A DNA stretch of 64,000 nt, taken from NCBI GenBank assembly GCA_016783665.1, contig JADHWC010000002.1, positions 2,371 through 66,370 on the forward strand. Reading direction: 5' to 3'. Shown piece by piece: positions 58,713 to 64,000 of this stretch. The DNA is from Fidelibacterota bacterium. Lineage in GTDB: Bacteria; Fidelibacterota; UBA2242. Numbering within the stretch: position 1 is the stretch's first letter; each line of letters starts with the position of its first letter. The notes below the pieces were generated by a model that saw only the letters and a program-made list of their open reading frames with translations, was not told the origin of the DNA and did not search any database. Made by a program: the position numbers and the translations under genes.

Positions 58713-60872
58713 ATGAATCGTATTACTCAAAAGTGCTTGATCTCGGTTTTAATTGCTGGTGTTTCTGCCGGGTTGGCGCTGATAGGTTCGCGGTTAATGC
58801 TTATCGATAGATGGGAAAAACAGGGACAGGATCTGCTTTATCGCAATGTTAATCCAGAGCAGCATCCTGACGAGGTCGTTATCATTGCAATTGACCAGAA
58901 CAGTCTGGATTATTTTCAGGAAAATTCTGGGATTCTATGGCCCTGGCCCCGTGATGTTTATGCGATGACCACTGATTATTTATCGCATTGCGGAGCGAAA
59001 TTAATTGCCTACGATATTATTTTTTCATCGCCTGATATTGATCGGCTGAATATTCAGGCAGCTTATGCCGACGCCCGGTTTTCAGAGGCAATGTTGCGTT
59101 CCGGGTGTGTCATTCTTGCTACCCAGATGGAGGATTCCACTCATAATACTCTTGAATCATTAGTAGATCAATTCTCAATTGAGGCACAATTTACGGGACC
59201 GGAACAATTAGTCTGGCGTTATCCAAATCTGACATTGCCGATACATCAATTTCAAAAAGGGATGGCAATTCCAGGAGCGGTGAATTTTTTCACCGATGAC
59301 GATGGCGTCTGCCGCCGCATTCCACTGTTATACAGCTATCAAAACAGAATATTGCCATATATGGCGCTGGCGGCGGCAATGCTTTATACTGGTGAGAGTA
59401 ATATTACTTACGATCGGAAGAAACAGACGTTTGAAATTGGAGATCATTCTATTCCGGTTGATAAAAATGGCATGTTTGAATTGTACTGGTATGGAGCGGG
59501 CGGACCCGGGAATACGTTTACCTATATTTCCTATGCCCAGTTGATCAATTCTTATTTGCAGTGGATAAATGGCGAAAAACCACAAGTCCCGGTTGAGACA
59601 TTTAAAGATAAAGCTGTGTTTATCGGAGCTACAGCCGCCGGACTTTTAGATTTGAAAACAACGCCTTTCAGTCCCGTTGAACCCTATCCGGGCGTTGAAA
59701 TTTATGCCACACTTTTTTTCAATATTATCCGGGGTGACCATATTTCTCATTTCGGAGATGGTTTATGGCTTTTTACCACATTTCTGATCCTGAGTCTGTT
59801 ATGCATGATCTGGCAGAATTTTAAGGTGTGGCAAGCCTCAATTGTTTCGTTAATCATATTCCTTGTTCCACTGATTTGTGCTGTACTTCTTTTTCAATAC
59901 CGGTTGATTTTTTTCCCGGCAGTTCGTTCTGAAATTGCCCTGATAGTATCCATTATTGGTGTTCTGGTAGTTAACTATCTTGCTGAGGGCAGGGAAAAAG
60001 CATTGGTTAAAAAGGTGTTCAACCGATACCTGCATCCGGCAATTGTCGATAATTTAACGCGTGACCCCGGTAAGATCGAAATGGGTGGTATGGAAATTGA
60101 AGCGACCGTACTGTTTACCGATTTGCAGGGATTCACAGGCACTTCGGAATTATTTGCGCCTCATGAAATCGTCCAGTTTCTTAATGATTACTTTGAACGA
60201 GTTGAAACAATAATATTCAAAAATAACGGAATGCTCGATAAATATACCGGTGATGGAATTATGGCTATCTTCGGCGCTCCGGTTGAATCAAAAGAACACG
60301 CCTTGCAAACCTGCCGGGCGGTGCTGGACTTTCAGGCATTATCGAAGATGAGTGTTGAAAAAGCCGGCAAAAAGGTGCCGTTGATAACCCGCGTGGGAGT
60401 AAATAGCGGGAATTTAATCGTGGGCAATATAGGTTCTCGAAACAGGATGGATTACACTGCGATTGGCGATACGGTTAACCTGTCCGCAAGGTTGGAGGGC
60501 GTCAATAAAGTATACGGCACTCAAAATATAATTTCTGAAAGCACCTATGATTTGGTGAAAGATGATATCGTGTGCAGGGAAATTGATTATATCCGGGTCA
60601 AGGGACGAGATAAACCGCTGAAGATATTTACGGTGATTGCCGAGAGAAGCGATATTGACAACAAAACTATGGAATTATTGTCTATACACAACGAAGCATT
60701 AGAGGTGTACCGCCGGAAAAAATACAGGAATGCCATTGAAAGCTTTTCAAAAGTGTTAAGCATACAACCAGATGATTCCGTTGCGCGGGTTTTTATTGAA
60801 CGCTGCCGGCAATTACTTAAGAATCCGGAGTTAATTGATGAAAAAGGTATTTTTAATATAACTGTGAAATGA
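58713..60872 (+). CDS. CHASE2-domain adenylate/guanylate cyclase with C-terminal TPR-like repeats.
   Basis: N-terminal TM, then a periplasmic CHASE2-like region, then 3 TM helices, then the class III cyclase core (FTDLQGFTG...GDGIMAIFGAP...GDTVNLSARLE). Confidence 0.8.
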   Translation: MNRITQKCLISVLIAGVSAGLALIGSRLMLIDRWEKQGQDLLYRNVNPEQHPDEVVIIAIDQNSLDYFQENSGILWPWPRDVYAMTTDYLSHCGAKLIAYDIIFSSPDIDRLNIQAAYADARFSEAMLRSGCVILATQMEDSTHNTLESLVDQFSIEAQFTGPEQLVWRYPNLTLPIHQFQKGMAIPGAVNFFTDDDGVCRRIPLLYSYQNRILPYMALAAAMLYTGESNITYDRKKQTFEIGDHSIPVDKNGMFELYWYGAGGPGNTFTYISYAQLINSYLQWINGEKPQVPVETFKDKAVFIGATAAGLLDLKTTPFSPVEPYPGVEIYATLFFNIIRGDHISHFGDGLWLFTTFLILSLLCMIWQNFKVWQASIVSLIIFLVPLICAVLLFQYRLIFFPAVRSEIALIVSIIGVLVVNYLAEGREKALVKKVFNRYLHPAIVDNLTRDPGKIEMGGMEIEATVLFTDLQGFTGTSELFAPHEIVQFLNDYFERVETIIFKNNGMLDKYTGDGIMAIFGAPVESKEHALQTCRAVLDFQALSKMSVEKAGKKVPLITRVGVNSGNLIVGNIGSRNRMDYTAIGDTVNLSARLEGVNKVYGTQNIISESTYDLVKDDIVCREIDYIRVKGRDKPLKIFTVIAERSDIDNKTMELLSIHNEALEVYRRKKYRNAIESFSKVLSIQPDDSVARVFIERCRQLLKNPELIDEKGIFNITVK

Positions 60873-60895
60873 TGTAATAAAATTTGAGGTGAAAT

Positions 60896-62116
60896 ATGAA
60901 GCGATTTGTCATTTTAATACTTTTAATATCGATAATAACTTCGGCACAACAAGAGGCTACCATTTACCAGGACAATACCCATCTTCGAAAAGGTCCCGGC
61001 AGTTATTATCCGCTTCTCGGAATACTACTAAAGGATGCATTAGTAACAATTCTGCAAGAGACTTCGGGCTGGGTTAAAATCAGTACGAGTGGCAGGGAAG
61101 GCTGGATTTCACAGAATGCATTATCTGAAAAGGATCGAGCCACATCCAGCATGAAAACATCCGATTTTAAGAATGTGCGACCGACTTTTCTTTCAAGGGC
61201 GTCAGCCAGCGGCGCAGTAAAAGGATTTGCCCAGACCTATTTGAAAAAACATGATGGAAGTATGACATTTTTGGATCAATATGACACTGCGTTCTTCCAG
61301 CCCCGGGAATATGAAAATTTCCGGCAGGAGACATACAGAAATCGAAACATGAAAAAAATAAGGAAACGATACAGGCGAATAAAAATTGAGAATAAAGAAC
61401 CGGAAATCAACTCGTATCTTGAAAAAATGGGTTTTGCCGTGGCGGGACAAATTGCAACCGGCGGACTTGAGACAGATATTCAAAAATTGCGGTATATCAA
61501 TATGGTCGGGAATCTTATCGTGGAAAGCACGCCACTCTATTACTATCCTTTTAAATTCTATATTCTTTCCGATGAACGCCCCGTCGCCTACGCCACTCCG
61601 AACGGAATGATCTTTGTTTCACAGGGCTTGCTTGATGTCCTTCAAAGTGAGGCGGAACTCGCTTGCGTGCTGGGGCATGAAATTTCCCACGTGGTTCAGC
61701 AGCATGGCTATTCCGAGGTGACTAAACGCAAAACACAAATTGTTGCGGAGGGTGCATTTGACGAACTGGAGGAAGAGATGCCTGAAGGATTTAGCGATGA
61801 AGAACTGGACGATTTGGCGTTTCAAATGTTCGAAGCTGCAACTTCCCGCCGTCAGACTGAATATGAATACGAAGCCGATATGATGGGCGTCATTTATGCT
61901 TACCAGGCTGGTTATGCTCCACATGGTCTGGCTTCTGTTCTGAAGTCGATTAAATCAATGACGAGCCGCGATTTCTGGCATCCGGAATCCAACTGGCAGT
62001 ACAATGCGATCGAGGACAGATCGGAGAAAGTCACCGCATTTATATCTGCTGAATTGAAAAAAAATAGCGATTGGAATGTTGAAAATAGTCACAGATTTAA
62101 TAGAGTATTTCATTAA
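60896..62116 (+). CDS. Secreted SH3b-domain plus M48-family zinc metallopeptidase.
   Basis: Signal peptide. SH3-like segment (GWVKISTSGREGWISQNAL). HEISHV (HExxH) with a downstream Glu. Confidence 0.7.
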   Translation: MKRFVILILLISIITSAQQEATIYQDNTHLRKGPGSYYPLLGILLKDALVTILQETSGWVKISTSGREGWISQNALSEKDRATSSMKTSDFKNVRPTFLSRASASGAVKGFAQTYLKKHDGSMTFLDQYDTAFFQPREYENFRQETYRNRNMKKIRKRYRRIKIENKEPEINSYLEKMGFAVAGQIATGGLETDIQKLRYINMVGNLIVESTPLYYYPFKFYILSDERPVAYATPNGMIFVSQGLLDVLQSEAELACVLGHEISHVVQQHGYSEVTKRKTQIVAEGAFDELEEEMPEGFSDEELDDLAFQMFEAATSRRQTEYEYEADMMGVIYAYQAGYAPHGLASVLKSIKSMTSRDFWHPESNWQYNAIEDRSEKVTAFISAELKKNSDWNVENSHRFNRVFH

Positions 62117-62180
62117 AATCGTAATACCGGGAGTTATGCAAAGTGCCAGGCGTTGTGTCTGACACTTTCATTATACTGGA

Positions 62181-63032
62181 ATGACTACACGAATAAAACA
62201 TCTATCCGGAATTCACATCGCCGTGCTATTATTCGGTCTGGCGGGGCTGTTTGGAAAATTAATTGCGGCAAGTCCTGTAACGATCGTATTTGGACGAACG
62301 GCTTTCGCATCGGTCGTTTTATGGATCGTCATCAGAAGATACCGGATCAGCTTGAAATTTCAGGATCGACACGATATTTGCGGATTTCTGCTGATGGGGA
62401 TGCTATTAGCTGTTCACTGGTTGACATTTTTTTACTCAATTAAGGTATCAACGATCGCTATTGGTCTGTTGACCTATTCCAGTTTTCCGGTTTTTGTAAC
62501 TCTCTGTGAGCCGCTTTTTATAAAATCCCGGTTGAAAACAATTGATGTGATCACCGCTCTTTTTGTAATGGCTGGAATGATGGTTATTATCCCGGTATTC
62601 GATATCCGGAACAATATTATGCAGGGGGTTTTGTACGGGTTGATCTCCGGCTGGACATTTGCCCTGCTGACAATCTTTAACAAGAAATACACATCTGTTT
62701 ATCCGGCGCTGAAGATTGCCTTTTATCAGGATTTCACAGCCTGCCTGATATTATTGCCCGTTATTATTATTCAAGCGCCGCGGTTATCTATCAATGATGT
62801 TGGATATCTGGCAATATTAGGAATATTATGCACTGCTCTGGCGCATACGCTTTTCATTCACAGCATGAAGCATATCCGCGCATATACCGCCGGAATAATC
62901 GCCTCCCTGGAGCCGGTTTATGGCATTCTGCTGGCAATACTTGTGCTTGGAGAATATCCGCAGCTTCGAACGGTTATTGGTGGTTTGCTTATTTTAGGGA
63001 CTGTATTTTGGGTGACATTGCGCAGCGATTAA
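62181..63032 (+). CDS. EamA/DMT-family transporter.
   Basis: 10 TM helices arranged as two EamA repeats. Confidence 0.75.
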   Translation: MTTRIKHLSGIHIAVLLFGLAGLFGKLIAASPVTIVFGRTAFASVVLWIVIRRYRISLKFQDRHDICGFLLMGMLLAVHWLTFFYSIKVSTIAIGLLTYSSFPVFVTLCEPLFIKSRLKTIDVITALFVMAGMMVIIPVFDIRNNIMQGVLYGLISGWTFALLTIFNKKYTSVYPALKIAFYQDFTACLILLPVIIIQAPRLSINDVGYLAILGILCTALAHTLFIHSMKHIRAYTAGIIASLEPVYGILLAILVLGEYPQLRTVIGGLLILGTVFWVTLRSD

Positions 63033-64000
63033 AACCGGATCTTATTTCGTCCCGCCTGTTTCGCTTCGTATAATTTTTTATCGGCTATCTCGAATAATTC
63101 TTCTTTTGTAATAATCGTATTGGAATTTATCGACGCAACTCCTCCACTGATCGTAACCCGAATCGGATCGTCGCTAAGGCTTCTGAATTGAAAATCCTCA
63201 CATCGTTTCCGGATGCGTTCCGCCAGGACAATGGCGCCCTCCTGATTGGTGCCAGGCAGGATAGCGACAAATTCCTCACCCCCGTAACGGCAGGGAATAT
63301 CCAGGTCTCTGCGAATGGTATTTTTAAGAATGGATGCAAGTTCTGTTAAGACAATATCCCCCTGCTGGTGTCCGAATGTGTCATTAATGGATTTAAAGTG
63401 ATCGATATCCATCATAATTATAGCAAGATTTGAGTCGATGCGCTTTAGCCGTGTAATTTCTTCTTTAAGACGGATATCGAAGTATCGGCGAACATATAGA
63501 CCGGTAAGCCCATCGATTGTTGCCAGCTGGAACAGTCTGGCATTTTCAATCGTCATTGCGATTAAAGTAGTCAAAACGGTTAATATTTCCTGATGGTTCT
63601 TGTGGATTATCTGGCTGGTCTTATCCTCAAAGTTTAAAAACCCGATGACTTTATGATTTGTGCCTACTAATGGAAGACATCTGCATTTTGTTTCGGTATG
63701 AAATATTTTAGAAGTCGGGATTGGATACGACCTCTTTCTCAGGATGTCATAAATCCCGGATTTCTTAGTTTCCAATACCTCTGCAAGAGGTGTGTTTCTT
63801 ATGGAAATTTGTTCGTTTGGCGTGCTGAATTCCCCGTCAATTAATATCCCCGCGACATCAGCCGATGTTGAATCACTATTCAACAGTAAAAGTGATAATT
63901 TGCTACTGTTACTGAAATCGGCGATCGAATGAAGCGCATGGAAAACCACCCGTTCCATATCCAGCTCAGCCACCAACTGGCGGGTTGCATATTTTAAGGT
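63029..64000 (-). CDS. GAF-domain diguanylate cyclase (GGDEF). The 5' end probably lies beyond the window.
   Basis: RYGGEEF (GGEEF) active site and an upstream GAF-like region. The reading frame is still open at position 64000. Confidence 0.8.
   Translation of the reverse strand, partial: TLKYATRQLVAELDMERVVFHALHSIADFSNSSKLSLLLLNSDSTSADVAGILIDGEFSTPNEQISIRNTPLAEVLETKKSGIYDILRKRSYPIPTSKIFHTETKCRCLPLVGTNHKVIGFLNFEDKTSQIIHKNHQEILTVLTTLIAMTIENARLFQLATIDGLTGLYVRRYFDIRLKEEITRLKRIDSNLAIIMMDIDHFKSINDTFGHQQGDIVLTELASILKNTIRRDLDIPCRYGGEEFVAILPGTNQEGAIVLAERIRKRCEDFQFRSLSDDPIRVTISGGVASINSNTIITKEELFEIADKKLYEAKQAGRNKIRF

Noticed and set aside
62117-62180. Imperfect hairpin AAGTGCCAG…CTGACACTT after the M48 peptidase gene as an intrinsic terminator
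   Set aside because: The stem has a mismatch and no U-tract follows. Too weak to call.

Overview
This 64 kb window looks like chromosomal DNA from a T9SS-bearing bacterium (FCB group). Two secreted proteins end in the Por/T9SS C-terminal sorting tail. The window also carries GGDEF/CHASE2/cNMP signalling genes that are unusual for classic Bacteroidia. Most genes are on the minus strand. The core content is ordinary housekeeping: a PDZ-radical-SAM gene next to der, ybeY with a 7TM-HD (PgpH-like) phosphohydrolase and mazG, fabH, recJ, RNase P RNA, an iscR-iscS-iscU operon, panD and wecB. Two tRNAs, Val(CAC) and Met(CAT), are absent from the ORF track. Accessory content includes a cusCBA-type RND metal efflux operon with an HMA lipoprotein and a Cys-rich small protein, and a NifS-SelD fusion protein in which SelD is otherwise an orphan. 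There is an amino-acid or opine catabolic cluster (aminotransferase, D-2-hydroxyacid dehydrogenase, heteromeric FAD dehydrogenase), a C69 dipeptidase, and a Phd/YefM-RelE toxin-antitoxin cassette flanked by a 37-bp direct duplication. A decayed IS1182-like insertion lies next to a possible glycosyltransferase remnant downstream of wecB. The left 4.3 kb is a sharply AT-rich island. Its two leftmost ORFs are missing from the supplied track. It encodes three small membrane proteins with cytoplasmic C-terminal zinc ribbons, two of them mosaic paralogs sharing a ~105-nt near-identical segment, interleaved with secreted SH3b and lipoprotein-like proteins. Each gene junction in this island carries a conserved GC-rich stem-loop motif, GTGTCCCGGC(T/A)AA in gene sense. 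This island is my best candidate for an undescribed system. The other candidates are the orphan NifS-SelD with its unknown neighbour, a nested-inverted-repeat RNA-like element between yigZ and mazG, and a tandem 33-bp iteron array.
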